In this document: in pieces, positions 11,216 to 24,900 of the stretch | Numbering within the stretch: position 1 is the stretch's first letter | How the letters are laid out: the number at the start of each line of letters is the position of its first letter | Source of the DNA: Octopus vulgaris | Lineage: Eukaryota | DNA length: 64,000 nucleotides | Assembly (NCBI GenBank): GCA_951406725.2 | Contig: OX597823.1 | Location: forward strand, 7,998,001 to 8,062,000 | Direction: 5' to 3' | Made by a program: the position numbers and the translations under genes | Notes under the pieces: model-generated | What the model saw: only the letters and a program-made list of their open reading frames with translations | What the model was told of the DNA's origin: nothing | The model's database searches: none

Positions 11216-11576
11216 AATTGATATAGGATAAAATTTTTTTTATCAATGGCCAGCATATCAAAAAATGCTTTTAAAGGTAAAATTTATATATAATTTACAA
11301 GATAAGGGCAGAAGAAAAATTCTAATGCCAGATACGCCAAAACAAAAAAATTGTCGATAACCATTAAATTTATGCGTCTCGAAACAAACCGATAGAAATC
11401 TCTAAACAAATTCGTTATTACCGTATTGGTCCAATACGTTATTACCGTATGTGCCGCAGAGGAGGGGAAAATTTCTTGTGAATTAACCCCGAAATTGGAC
11501 CAATACGGTAATAACGATTTTTTTAGAGATTTCTATCGGTTTGTTTCGAGACGCATAAATTTAATGGTTATCAACA

Positions 11577-11578
<2 letters not shown>
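11216..11578 (+). mobile_element. Fold-back element in (TA)n with a minimal hammerhead motif (Penelope pLTR-like)
   Basis: Inverted repeat 11350-11435/11494-11578; tgccg-CAGAGGA-gggg..cccc-GAAA-ttgg a ccaa-TA-cggta at 11452-11510. Confidence 0.55.
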
Positions 11579-11629
<51 letters not shown>

Positions 11630-11864
11630 TATACGTAAATATCAAACAATGAGAATAAGTGCTCAACACAGCATTGGTGGATAAAGATTCTTTATTTGTG
11701 TATTAAGGCTAACTCTGGTTTCATGTCAAGAAAATATCTTAATAATTCTTCAAGCCAATCACATAGAGAAATTGGTGTTCATCTCCATTTTGGATTAAAA
11801 CAATATGAAGATGAACACCACTTTCTTAACATGAAACAAATGATGGCCTTAATACACAAATAAA

Positions 11865-11865
<1 letters not shown>
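11630..11865. mobile_element. Second fold-back insert between (TA)n tracts with a degenerate hammerhead-like motif
   Basis: ctttatttgtgtattaaggc (11690) and gccttaatacacaaataaag (11846) are inverted; minus strand ggc-TTGAAGA..cat-GAAAC..gtta-gcc. Confidence 0.4.
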
Positions 11866-11919
<54 letters not shown>

Positions 11920-11922
<3 letters not shown>

Positions 11923-12144
11923 ATAATGAAGGGTTAGGCAACAAATTGCTTCACCACATACCGAAAATTTAGAAATAGCAGCCAAAAGACCGCTATTTCT
12001 TTTTCCTACAAAATATGTTTCCACAGATAACAGCTATCTGTGGAAAGATATTTTGTAGGAAAAAGAAATAGCGGTCTTTTGGCTGCTATTTGTAAATTTT
12101 CGGTATGTGGTGAAGCAATTTGTTGCTTAACCCTTCATTATTGT
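11920..12144. repeat. Long near-perfect inverted repeat (~108-bp arms, ~7-nt loop)
   Basis: caataatgaagggttag..ccacagata / tatctgtgg..ctaacccttcattattg-like arms; a related single arm lies at ~9360-9440. Confidence 0.85.
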
Positions 12145-12280
12145 CATAATTATATAAACAACTTTTTGTATAAGTTTTTACCTAATATAGTTCTTTTCCA
12201 TGCCAAAAACTACTTGGTAAATTTATTAATTTATTAAATTAGTAATTCTTTACCCTATATCTGTAATGATTACATATATA

Positions 12281-12682
12281 GGCACAGGAGTGGCTGTGTG
12301 GTAAGTAGCTTGCTAACCAACAACATGGTTCCGGGTTCAGTCCCACTGCATGGCATCTTGGGCAAGTGTCTTCTACTATAGCCTCGGGCCGACCAATGCC
12401 TTGTGAGTGGATTTGGTAGACGGAAACTGAAAGAAGCCTGTCGTATATATGTATATATATATATGTATGTGTTTGTGTGTCTGTGTTTGTCCCCCTAGCA
12501 TTGCTTGACAGCCGATGCTGGTGTGTTTACGTCTCCGTCACTTAGCGGTTCGGCAAAAGAGACCGATAGAATAAGTACTGGGCTTACAAAGAATAAGTCC
12601 CGGGGTCGAGTTGCTCGATTTAAGGCGGTGTTCAGGCACGGCCGCAGTCAAATGACTGAAACACGTAAAAGAGTAAAGAGTA
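12281..12682 (+). mobile_element. SINE family B copy
   Basis: Full head, CORE and (aaaagagt)n tail. Confidence 0.85.
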
Positions 12683-12689
12683 TATATAT

Positions 12690-12955
12690 GCGTGGCACCA
12701 GTATCTACCATTTTGCCTCCGTGAGACCCAACGCTAGAAATGTGCTTTTTACGTTCCACTGGCACAGGTGCAAGTTATGTGATACGAGTAGCGGCCACAA
12801 CTACGATTTCACTTGGCCAGCCGATTATATTGCCAACGTTCTCGGTCACCAGCCATTGGCTCTGTGAGACCCAAAATTCAAAGATCATGCCTCACCACTT
12901 CGTACCATGTCTTCCTGGGTTCCCTCCACACTTAGAGATCGGCACTTTTTATACA
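12690..12955 (-). mobile_element. RTE LINE 3' fragment directly abutting the satellite
   Basis: Minus strand KKCRSLSVEGT/PRKTWYEVVRHDL*ILGLTEPMAGDRERWQY, the typical RTE C-terminal RPRKTW..DL..DRxxW signature. Confidence 0.65.
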
Positions 12956-15900
12956 GCGGATCAAATAGGAGTACCGACAGAGATCAAAGAGGAATGCCGA
13001 CAGAGATCAAAGGGGAGTACCGACAGAGATCAAAGAGGAGTACCGATAGAGATCAAAGAGGAATGCCGACAGAGATCAAAGAGGAGTACCGATAGAGATC
13101 AAAGAGGAATGCCGACAGAGATCAAAGGGGAGTACCGACAGAGATCAAAGAGGAATGCCGACAAAGATCAAAGAGGAATGCCGACAGAGATCAAAGAGGA
13201 ATGCCGACAGAGATCAAAGAGGAATGCCGACAGAGATCAAAGGGGAGTACCGACAGAGATCAAAAAGGAATGCCGACAGAGATCAAAGGGGAGTACCGAC
13301 AGAGATCAAAGAGGAATGCCGACAGAGATCAAAGAGGAATGCCGACAGAGATCAAAGGGGAGTACAGACAGAGATCAAAGAGGAATGCCGACAGAGATCA
13401 AAGAGGAGTACCGACAGAGATCAAAGAGGAATGCCGACAGAGATCAAAGAGGAATGCCGACATAGATCAAAGATGAGTACCGACAGATATCAAAGACAAA
13501 TGCCGCCAAAGATCAAAGAGGAATGCCGACAGAGATCAAAGAGGAATGCCGACAGAGATCAAAGGGGAGTACCGATAGAGATCAAAGAGGAATGCCGACA
13601 GAGATCAAAGAGGAGTACCGACAAAGATAAAAGAGGAATGCCGACAGATATCAAAGGGGAGTACCGACAGATATCAAAGAAGAATGCCGAAAGAGATCAA
13701 AGAGGAATGCCGACATAGATCAAAGATGAGTACCGACAGATATCAAAGACAAATGCCGCCAAAGATCAAAGAGGAATGCCGACAGAGATCAAAGAGGAAT
13801 GCCCACAGAGATCAAAGGGGAGTACCGACAGAGATCAAAGAGAATGACGACAGAGATCAAAGAGGAGTACCGATAGAGATCAAAGAGGAATGCCGACAGA
13901 GATCAAAGGGGAGTACCGACAGAGATCAAAGAGGAATGCCGACAGAGATCAAAGAGGAATGCCGACAGAGATCAAATATGAGTACCGACAGATATCAAAG
14001 ACAAATGCCGTCAAAGATCAAAGAGGAATGCCGACAGAGATCAAAGAGGAATGCCGACATAGATCAAAGATGAGTACCGACAGATATCAAAGACAAATGC
14101 CGTCAAAGATCAAAGAGGAATGCCGACAAAGATCAAAGAGGAATGCCGACAGAGATCAAAGAGGAATGCCGACATAGATCAAAGATGAGTACCGAGAGAT
14201 ATCAAAGACAAATGCCGCCAAAGATCAAAAAGGAATGCCGACAGAGATCAAAGAGGAATGCCGACAGAGATCAAAGGGGAGTACCGACAGAGATCAAAGA
14301 GAATGCCGACAGAGTTCAAAGAGGAGTACCGATAGAGATCAAAGAGGAATGCCGACAGAGATCAAAGGGGAGCACCGACAGAGATCAAAGAGGAATGCCG
14401 ACAGAGATCAAAGAGGAATGCCGACATAGATCAAAGAGGAATGCCGACATAGATCAAAGATTAGTACCGACATATATCAAAGACAAATGCCGTCAAAGAT
14501 CAAAGAGGAATGCCGACAGAGATCAAAGAGGAATGCTGAGAGAGATCAAAAGGGAGTACCGACAGAGATCAAAGAGCAATGCCGACAGAGATCAAAGAGG
14601 AGTACCGAGAGAGATCAAAGAGGAATGCCGACAGAGATCAAAGGGGAGTACCGACAGATATCAAAGAGGAATGCCGACATAGATCAAAGAGGAATGCCGA
14701 CAGAGATCAAAGGGGAGTACCGACATAGATCAAAGAGAATGCCGACAGAGATCAAAGAGGAGTACCGATAGAGATCAAAGAGGAATGCCGACAGAGATCA
14801 AAGGGGAGTACCGACAGAGATCAAAGAGGAATGCCGACAGAGATCAAAGAGGAATGCCGACATAGATCAAAGATGAGTACCGACAGATATCAAAGACAAA
14901 TGCCGTCAAAGATCAAAGATGAATGCCGACAGAGATCAAAGATGAATGCCGACAGAGATCAAAGGGGATTACCGACAGAGATCAAAGAGGAATGCCGACA
15001 GAGATCAAAGAGGAATGCCGACAGAGATCAAAGGGGAGTACCGACAGAGATCAAAGAGGAATGCCGACGAGATCAAAGAGGAGTACCGACAGAGATCAAA
15101 GAGGAATGCCGACAGAGATCAAAGGGGAATACCGACAGATATCAAAGAGGAATGCCGACATAGATCAAAGATGAGTACCGACAGATATCAAAGACAAATG
15201 CCGCCAAAGATCAAAGAGGAATGCCGACAGAGATCAAAGAGGAATGCCGACATAGATCAAAGGGGAGTACACATAGAGATCAAAGAGGAATGCCGAGAGA
15301 GATCAAAGGGGTGTACCGACAGAGATCAAAGAGGAATGCCGACAGAGATCAAAGAGGAATGCCGACATAGATCAAAGATGAGTACCGACAGATATCAAAG
15401 ACAAGTGCCGTCAAAGATCAAAATAGAATGCCGACAGAGATCAAAGAGGAATGCCGACAAAGACCAAAGGGGAGTACCGACAGAGATCAAAGAGGAATGC
15501 CGACAGAGATCAAAGAGGAATGCCGACAGAGATCAAAGGGGAGTACCGACAGATATCAAAGAGGAATGCCGACAGAGATCAAAGAGGAATGCCGACATAG
15601 ATCAAAGATGAGTACCGACTGATATCAAAGACAAATGCCGCCAAAGATCAAAGAGGAATGCCGACAGATATCAAAGAGGAATGCCGATAGAGATCAAAGA
15701 GGAGTACCGACAGAGATCAAAGAGAATGCCGACAGAGATCAAAGAGGAGTACCGAGAGAGATCAAAGAGGAATGCCGACAGAGATCAAAGGGGAGTACCG
15801 ACAGAGATCAAAGAGGAATGCCGACATAGATCAAAGAGGATTGCCGACAGATATCAAAGATAAATGCCGTCAAATATCAAAGAGGAATGCCGACAGAGAT

Positions 15901-18900
15901 CAAAGAGGAATGCCGACATAGATCAAAGATGAGTACCGACAGATATCAAAGACAAATGCCGTCAAAGATCAAAGAGGAATGCCGACAAAGATCAAAGAGG
16001 AATGCCGACAGAGATCAAAGGGGAGTACCGACAGAGATCAAAGAGGAATGCCGACAGAGATCAAAGAGGAATGCCGACAGAGATCAAAGGGGAGTACCGA
16101 GAGAGATCAAAGAGGAATGCCGACAGAGATCAAAGAGGAGTACCGACAGAGATCAAAGAGGAATGCCGACAGATATCAAAGGGGAGTCCCGACAGATATC
16201 AAAGAGGAATGCCGACAGAGATATATGGGAGTACCGACAGAGATCAAAGAGGAATGCCGACAGAGATCAAAGAGGAATGCCGACATAGATCAAAGATGAC
16301 TACCGACAGATATCAAAGACAAATGCCGTCAAAGATCAAAGAGGAATGCCGACAGAGATCAAAGAGGAATGCCGACATAGATCAAAGATGAGTACCGACA
16401 GATATCAAAGACCAATGCCGCCAAAGATCAAAAAGGAATGCCGACAGAGATCAAAGAGGAATGCCGACAGAGATCAAAGGGCAGTACCGACAGAGATCAA
16501 AGAGAATGCCGACAGAGATCAAAGAGGAGTACCGATAGAGATCAAAGAGGAATGCCGACAGAGATATATGGGAGTACCGACAGAGATCAAAGAGGAATGC
16601 CGACAGAGATCAAAGAGGAATGCCGACATAGATCAAAGATGACTACCGACAGATATCAAAGACAAATGCCGTCAAAGATCAAAGAGGAATGCCGACAGAG
16701 ATCAAAGAGGAATGCCGACATAGATCAAAGATGAGTACCGACAGATATCAAAGACAAATCTCGTCAAAGATCAAAGAGGAATGCCGACAGAGATCAAAGA
16801 GGAATGCTGACAGAGATCAAAGGGGAGTACCGTCAGAGATCAAAGAGGAATGCCGACAGAGATCAAAGGGGAGTACCGACAGAGATCAAAGAGGAATGCC
16901 GACAGAGATCAAAGAGGAGTACCGACAGAGATCAAAGAGGAATGCCGACAGAGATCAAAGGGGAGTACCGACAGAGAACAAAGAGGAATGCCGACATAGA
17001 TCAAAGATGAGTACCGACATATAACAAAGACAAATGCCGCCAAAGATCAAAGAGGAATGCCGACAGAGATCAAAGAGGAATGCCGACAGAGATCAAAGGG
17101 GAGTACCGACAGAGATCAAAGAGAATGCCGACAAAGATCAAAGACGAGTACCGATAGAGATCAAAGAGGAAACCCGACAGAGATCAAAGGGGAGTACCGA
17201 CAGAGATCAAAGAGGAATGCCGACAGAGATCAAAGAAGAATGCCGACATAGATCAAAGATGAGTACCGACAGATATCAAAGACAAATGCCGTCAAAGATC
17301 AAAGAGGAATGCCGACAGAGATCAAAGAGGAATGCCGACAGAGATCAAAGGGGAGTACCGACAGAGATCAAAGAGGAATGCCGACAGAGATCAAAGAGGA
17401 ATGCCGACAGAGATCAAAGGGGAATGCCGACAGAGATCAAAGAGGAATGCCGACATAGATCAAAGATGAGTACTGACAAATATCAAAGACAAATGCCGCC
17501 AAAGATCAAAGAGGAATGCCGACAGATATCAAAGAGGAATGCCGACAGAGATCAAAGGGGAGTACCGACAGACATCAAAGACAATGCCGACATAGATCTA
17601 AGAGGAGTACCGATAGAGATCAATGAGGAATGCCGACAGAGATCAAAGGGGTGTACCGACAGAGATCAAAGAGGAATGCCGTCAAAGATCAAAGAGGAAT
17701 GCCGACAGAGATCTAGGAGGAATGCCGACAGAGAACAAAGGGGAGTACCGACAGAGATCAAAGAGAATGCCGACATAGATCAAAGATGAGTACCGACAGA
17801 TATCAAAGACAAATGCCGTCAAAGATCAAATAGGAATGCCGACAGAGATCAAAGAGGAATGCCGACAGAGATCAAAGTGGAGTACCGACAGAGATCAAAG
17901 GGGAGTACCGACAGAGATCAAAGAGGAATGCCGACAGAGATCAAAGAGGAGTACTGACAGAGATCAAAGAGGAATGCCGACAGATATCAAAGGGGAGTAC
18001 CGTCAGATATCAAAGAGGAATGCCGACAGAGATCAAAGAGGAATGCCGACATAGATCAAAGGGGAGTACCGACAGAGATCAAAGAGGAATGCCGACAGAG
18101 ATCAAAGTGGAATACCAACAGAGATCAAAGGGGAGTACCGACAGAGATGAAAGAGGAATGCCGAAAGAGATCAAAGGGGAGTACCGACAGATATCAAAGA
18201 GAATGCCGACAGAGATCAAAGAGGAATGCCGACATAGATCAAAGATGAGTACCGACTGATATCAAAGACAAATGCCGCCAAAGATCAAAGAGGAATGCCG
18301 ACAGATATCAAAGAGGAATGCCGACAGAGATCAAAGAGGAGTACCGACAGAGATCAAAGAGAATGCCGACAGAGATCAAAGAGGAGTACCGATAGAGAGC
18401 AAAGAGGAATGCCGACAGAGATCAAAGGGGAGTACCGACAGAGATCAAAGAGGAATGCCGACATAGATCAAAGATTAGTACCGACAGATATCAAAGACAA
18501 ATGCGTCAAAGATCAAAGAGGAATGCCGATATAGATCAAAGAGGAATGCCGACATAGATCAAAGATGAGTACCGACAGATATCAAAGACAAATGCCGTCA
18601 AAGATCAAAGAGAAATGCCGACAAAGATCAAAGAGGAATGCCGACAGAGATCAAAGAGGAGTACCGACAGAGATCAAAGAGGAAGGCCGACAGATATCAA
18701 AGGGGAGTCCCGACAGATATCAAAGAGGAATGCCGACAGAGATCAAAGATGAGTACCGACAGATATCAAAGACCAATGCCGCCAAAGATCAAAAAGGAAT
18801 GCCGACAGAGATCAAAGAAGAATGCCGACAGAGATCAAAGGGCAGTACCGACAGAGATCAAAGAGAATGCCGACAGAGATCAAAGAGGAGTAACGATAGA

Positions 18901-21900
18901 GATCAAAGAGGAATGCCGACAGAGATATATGGGAGTACCGACAGAGATCAAAGAGGAATCCCGACAGAGATCAAAGAGGAGTACCGACAGAGATCAAAGA
19001 GGAATGCCGACAGAGATCAAAGGGGAGTACCGACAGATATCAAAGAGGAATGCCGACAAAGATCAAAGATGATTACCGACAGATAACAAAGACAAATGCC
19101 GCCAAAGATCAAAGAGAAATGCCGACAGAGCTCAAAGAGGAATGCCGACAGAGTTCAAAGGGGAGTAACGAAAGAGATCAAAGAGAATGCCAACAGAGAT
19201 CAAAGAGGAGTACCGATAGAGATCAAAGAGGAATGCCGACAGAGATCAAAGGGGAGTACCGACAGAGATCAAAGAGGAATGCCGACAGAGATCAAAGAGG
19301 AATGCCGACATAGATTAAAGATGAGTACCGACAGATATCAAAGACAAATGCTATTAAAGATCAAAGAGGAATGCCGACAGAGATCAAAGAGGAATGCTGA
19401 CAGAGATCAAAGGGGAGTACCGACAGATATCAAAGAGGAATGCCGACAGAGATCAAAGAGGAATGCCGATATAGATCAAAGGGGAGTACCGACAGAGATC
19501 AAAGAGGAATGCCGACAATGATCAAAGTGGAATGCCGACAGAGATCAAAGGTGAGTACCGACAGAGATTAAAGAGGAATGCCGACAGAGATCAAAGGGGA
19601 GTACCGACAGATATCAAAGAGGAATGCCGACAGAGATCAAAGAGGAATGCCGACATAGATCAAAGATGAGTACCGACTGATATCAAAGACAAATGCCGCC
19701 AAAGATCAAAGAGGAATGCCGACAGATATCAAAGAGGGATGCCGACAGAGATCAAAGAGGAGTACCGACAGAGATCAAAGAGAATGCCGACAGAGATCAA
19801 AGAGGAGTACCGATAGAGAGCAAAGAGGAATGCCGACAGAGATCAAGGGGGAGTACCGACAGAGATCAAAGAGGAATGCCGACATAGATCAAAGATGAGT
19901 ACCGACAGATATCTAAGACAAATGCCGTCAAAGATCAAAGAGGAATGCCAGTAGAGATCAAAGAGGAATGCCGACATAGATCAAAGATGAGTGCCGACAG
20001 ATATCAAAGATAAATGCCGTCAAATATCAAAGAGGAATGCCGACAGAGATCAAAGAGGAGTAACGACAGAGATCAAAGAGGAATGCCGACAGAGATCAAA
20101 GGGGAGTCCCGACAGATATCAAAGAGGAATGCCGACAGAAATCAAAGAGGAATGCCGACATAGATCAAAGATGAGTACCGACAGATATCAAAGACCAATG
20201 CCGCCAAAGATCAAAAAGGAATGCCGACAGAGATCAAAGAGGAATGCCGACAGAGATCAAAGGGCAGTACCGACAGAGATCAAAGAGAATGCCGACAGAG
20301 ATCAAAGAGGAGTACCGATAGAGATCAAAGAGGAATGCCGACAGAGAGATATGGGAGTACCGACAGTGATCAAAGAGGAATGCCGACAGAGATCAAAGAG
20401 GAGTACCGACAGAGATCAAAGAGGAATGCCGACAGAGATCAAAGGGGAGTACCGACAGAGATCAAAGAGGAATGCCGACAGAGATCAAAGAGGAATACCG
20501 ACAGAGATCAAAGAGGAATGCCGACAGAGATCAAAGGGGAGTACCGACAGATATCAAAGAGGAATGCCGACATAGATCAAAGATGAGTACCGACATATAA
20601 CAAAGACAAATGCCGCCAAAGATCAAAGAGAAATGCCGACAGAGATCAAAGAGGAATGCCGACAGAGATCAAAGGGGAGTACCGTCAGAGATCAAAGAGG
20701 AATGCCGACAGAGATCAAAGAGGAATGCCGACATAGATCAAAGATGAGTACCGACAGATATCAAAGACAAATGCCGTTAAAGATCAAAGAGGAATGCTGA
20801 CAGAGATCAAAGAGGAATGCCGACAGAGATCAAAGGGGAGTACCGACAGAGATCAAAGAGGAATGCCGACAGAGATCAAAGAGGAATGCCGACAGAGATC
20901 AAAGGGGAGTACCGACAGAGATCAAAGAGGAATGCCAACAGAGATCATAGAGGAGTACCGACAGAGATCAAAGAGGTATGCCGACAGAGATCAAAGGGGG
21001 TACCGACAGATATAACAGAGGAATGCCGACATAGATCAAAGATGAGTACCGACAGATATCAAAGACAAATGCCGCCAAAGATCAAAGAAGAATGCCGACA
21101 GAGATCAAAGAGGAATGCCGACAGAGATCAAAGGGGAGTACCGACAGAGATGAAAGAGAATGCCGATATAGATCAAAGAGGAATGCCGACAGAGATCAAA
21201 GAGGAATGCCGACAGAGATCAAAGGGGTGTACCGACAGAGATCAAAGAGGAATGCCGACAGAGATCAAAGAGGAATGCCGACATAGATCAAAGAATGAGT
21301 ACCGACAGATATCATAGACAAATGCCGTCAAAGATCAAAGAGGAATGCCGACAGAGATCAAAGAGGAATGCCGACAGAGACCAAAAGGGAGTACCGATAG
21401 AGATCAAAGTGGAATGCCGACAGGGATCAAAGTGGAATGCCGACAGAGATCAAAGGGGAGTACCGGCAGAGATCAAAGAGGAATGCCGACAGAGATCAAA
21501 GAGGAGTACCGACAGAGATCAAAGAGGAATGCCGACAGATATGAAAGGGGAGTACCGACAGATATCAAAGAGGAATGCCGACAGATATCAAAGAGGAATG
21601 CCGACAGAGAACAAAGGGGAGTACCGATAGATATCAAAGAGGAATGCCGACAGAGATCAAAGAGGAATGCCGACATAGATCAAAGATGAGTACTGACTGA
21701 TATCAAAGACAAATTCCCCGAAAGATCAAAGAGGAATGCCGACAGATATCAAAGATGAATGCCGACAGAGATCAAATAGGAGTACCGACAGAGATCAAAG
21801 AGGAATGCCGACAGAGATCAAAGGGGAGTACCGATAGAGATCAAAGAGGAGTACCGATAGAGATCAAAGAGGAATGCCGACAGAGATCAAAGAGGAGTAC

Positions 21901-24900
21901 CGATATAGATCAAAGAGGAATGCCGACAAAGATCAAAGAGGAATGCCGACAGAGATCAAAGGGGAATGCCTACAGAGGTCAAAGAGGAATGCCGACAGAG
22001 ATCAAAGGGGAGTACCGACAGAGATCAAAAAGGAATGCCGACAGAGATCAAAGGGGATTACCGACAGAGATCAAAGTGGAATGCCGACAGAGATCAAAGA
22101 GGAGTACCGACAGAGATCAAAGAGAAATGCCGACAGAGATCAAAGGGGAATAACGACAGATATCAAAGAGGAATGCCGACAGAGATCAAAGAGGAATGCC
22201 GACATAGATCAAGGATGAGTACCGACAGATATCAAAGAGAAATGCCGCCAAAGATCAAAGAGGAATGCCGACAGAGATCAAAGAGGAATGCCGACAGAGA
22301 TCAAAGGGGAGTACCGACAGAGATCAAAGAGGAATGCCGACAGAGATCAAAGTTGGTACCGACAGATAACAAAGACAAATGTCGCCAAAGATCAAAGAGG
22401 AATGCCGACAGAGCTCAAAGAGAAATGCCGACAGAGTTCAAAGGGGAGTAACGACAGAGATCAAAGAGAATGCCAACAGAGATCAAAGAGGAGTACCGAT
22501 AGAGATGAAAGAGGAATGCCGACAGAGATCAAAGGGGAGTACCGACAGAGATCAAAGAGGAATGCCGACAGAGATCAAAGAGGAATGCCGACATAGATCA
22601 AAGATGAGTACCGACAGATATCAAAGACAAATGCCGTTAAAGATCAAAGAGGAATGCCGACAGAGATCAAAGAGGAATGCCGACAGAGATCAAAGGGGAG
22701 TACCGACAGAGATCAAAGAGAATGTCGACAGAGACCAAAGAGGAATACCGATAGAGATCAAAGAGGAATGCCGACAGAGATCAAAGGGGTGTACCGACAG
22801 AGATCAAAGAGGAATGCCGACAGAGATCAAAGGGGGTACCGACAGATATCAAAGACAAATGCCGTCAAAGATCAAAGAGGAATGCCGACAGAGATCAAAG
22901 AGGAATGCCGACAGAGATCAAAGAGCAATGCCGACAGAGATCAAAGAGGAATGCCGACAGAGATCAAAGGGCAGTACCGATAGAGATCAAAGTGGAATGC
23001 CGACAGGGATCAAAGTGGAATGTCGACAGAGATCAAAGGGGAGTACCGGCAGAGATCAAAGAGGTATGCCGACAGAGATCAAAGAGGAGTACCGACAGAG
23101 ATCAAAGTGGAATGCCGACAGATATGAAAGGGGAGTACCGACAGATATCAAAGAGGAATGCCGACAGAGATCAAAGGGGAGTACCGACAGATATCAAAGA
23201 GGAATGCCGATAGAGATCAAAGGGGAGTACCGACAGAGATCAAAGAGAATGCCGACAGAGATCAAAGAGGAGTACCGATAGAGATCAAAGAGGAATGCCG
23301 ACAGAGATCAAAGGGGAGTACCGACAGAGATCAAAGACGAGTACCGACAGATATCAAAGACAAATTCCGTCAAAGATCAAAGAGGAATGCCGACAGAGAT
23401 CAAAGAGGAATGCCGACAGAGATCAAAGGGGAGTACCGACAGAGATCAAAGAGGATTGCCGTCAGAGATCAAAGGGGAGTACCGATAGAGATCAAAGTGG
23501 AATGCCGACAGGGATCAAAGTGGAATGCCGACAGAGATCAAAGGGCAGTACCGGCAGAGATCAAAGAGGAATGCCGACAGAGATCAAAGAGGAGTACCGA
23601 CAGAGATCAAAGAGGAATGCCGACAGATATGAAAGGGGAGTACCGACAGATATCAAAGAGGAATGCCGACAGAGATCAAAGGGGAGTACCGACAGATATC
23701 AAAGAGGAATGCCGACAGAGATCAAAGAGGAATGCCGACATAGATCAAAGATGAGTACCGACTGATATCAAAGACAAATTCCGCGAAAGATCAAAGAGGA
23801 ATGCCGAGAGATATCAAAGATGAATGCCGACAGAGATCAAAGAGGAGTACCGACAGAGATCAAACAGAATGCCGACAGAGATCAAAGAGGAGTACCGATA
23901 GAGATCAAAGATAAATGCCGACAGAGATCAAAGGGGAGTACCGACAGAGATCAAAGAGGAATGCCGACAGAGATCAAAGAGGAATGCCGACATAGATCAA
24001 AGATGAGTACCGACAGATATCAAAGACAAATGCCGTCAAAGATCAAAGAGGAATGCCGACAGAGATTAAAGAGGAATGCCGACAGAGATCAAAGGGGAGT
24101 ACCGACAGAGATCAAAGAGGAATGCCGACATAGATCAAAGAGGAATGCCGACAGAGATCAAAGGGGAGTACCGACAGAGATCAAAGAGGAATGCCGACAG
24201 AGATCAAAGAGGAGTACCGACAGAGATCAAAGAGGAATGCCGACAGAGATCAAAGGGGAGTACCGACAGATATCAAAGAGGAATGCTGACATAGATCAAA
24301 GATGAGTACCGAAATATATCAAAGACAAATGCCGCTAAAGATCAAAGAGGAATGCCGACAGAGATCAAAGAGGAATGCCGACAGAGATCAAAGGGGAGTA
24401 CCGACAGAGATCAAAGAGGAATGCCGACAGAGATCAAAGAGTAATGCCGACATAGATCAAAGATGAGTACTGACAGATATCAAAGACAAATGCCGTCAAA
24501 GATCAAAGAGGAATGCCGACAGAGATGAAAGAGGAATGCCGACAGAGAACAAAGGGGATTACGACAGAGATCAAAGAGAATGCCGCCAAAGATCAAAGAG
24601 GAATGCCGACATAGATGAAAGAGGAATAACGGCAGAGATCAAAGGGGAGTACCGACAGAGATCAAAGGGGAGTACCGACAGAGATCAAAGAGGAATGCCG
24701 ACAGAGATCAAAGAGGAGTACCGACAGAGATCAAAGAGGAATGCCGACAGAGATCAAAGGGGAATACCGACAGATATCAAAGAGGAATGCCGACATAGAT
24801 CAAAGATGAGTACCGACAGATATCAAAGACAAATGCCGCCAAAGATCAAAGAGGAATGCCGACAGAGATCAAAGAGGAATGCCGACATAGATCAAAGGGG

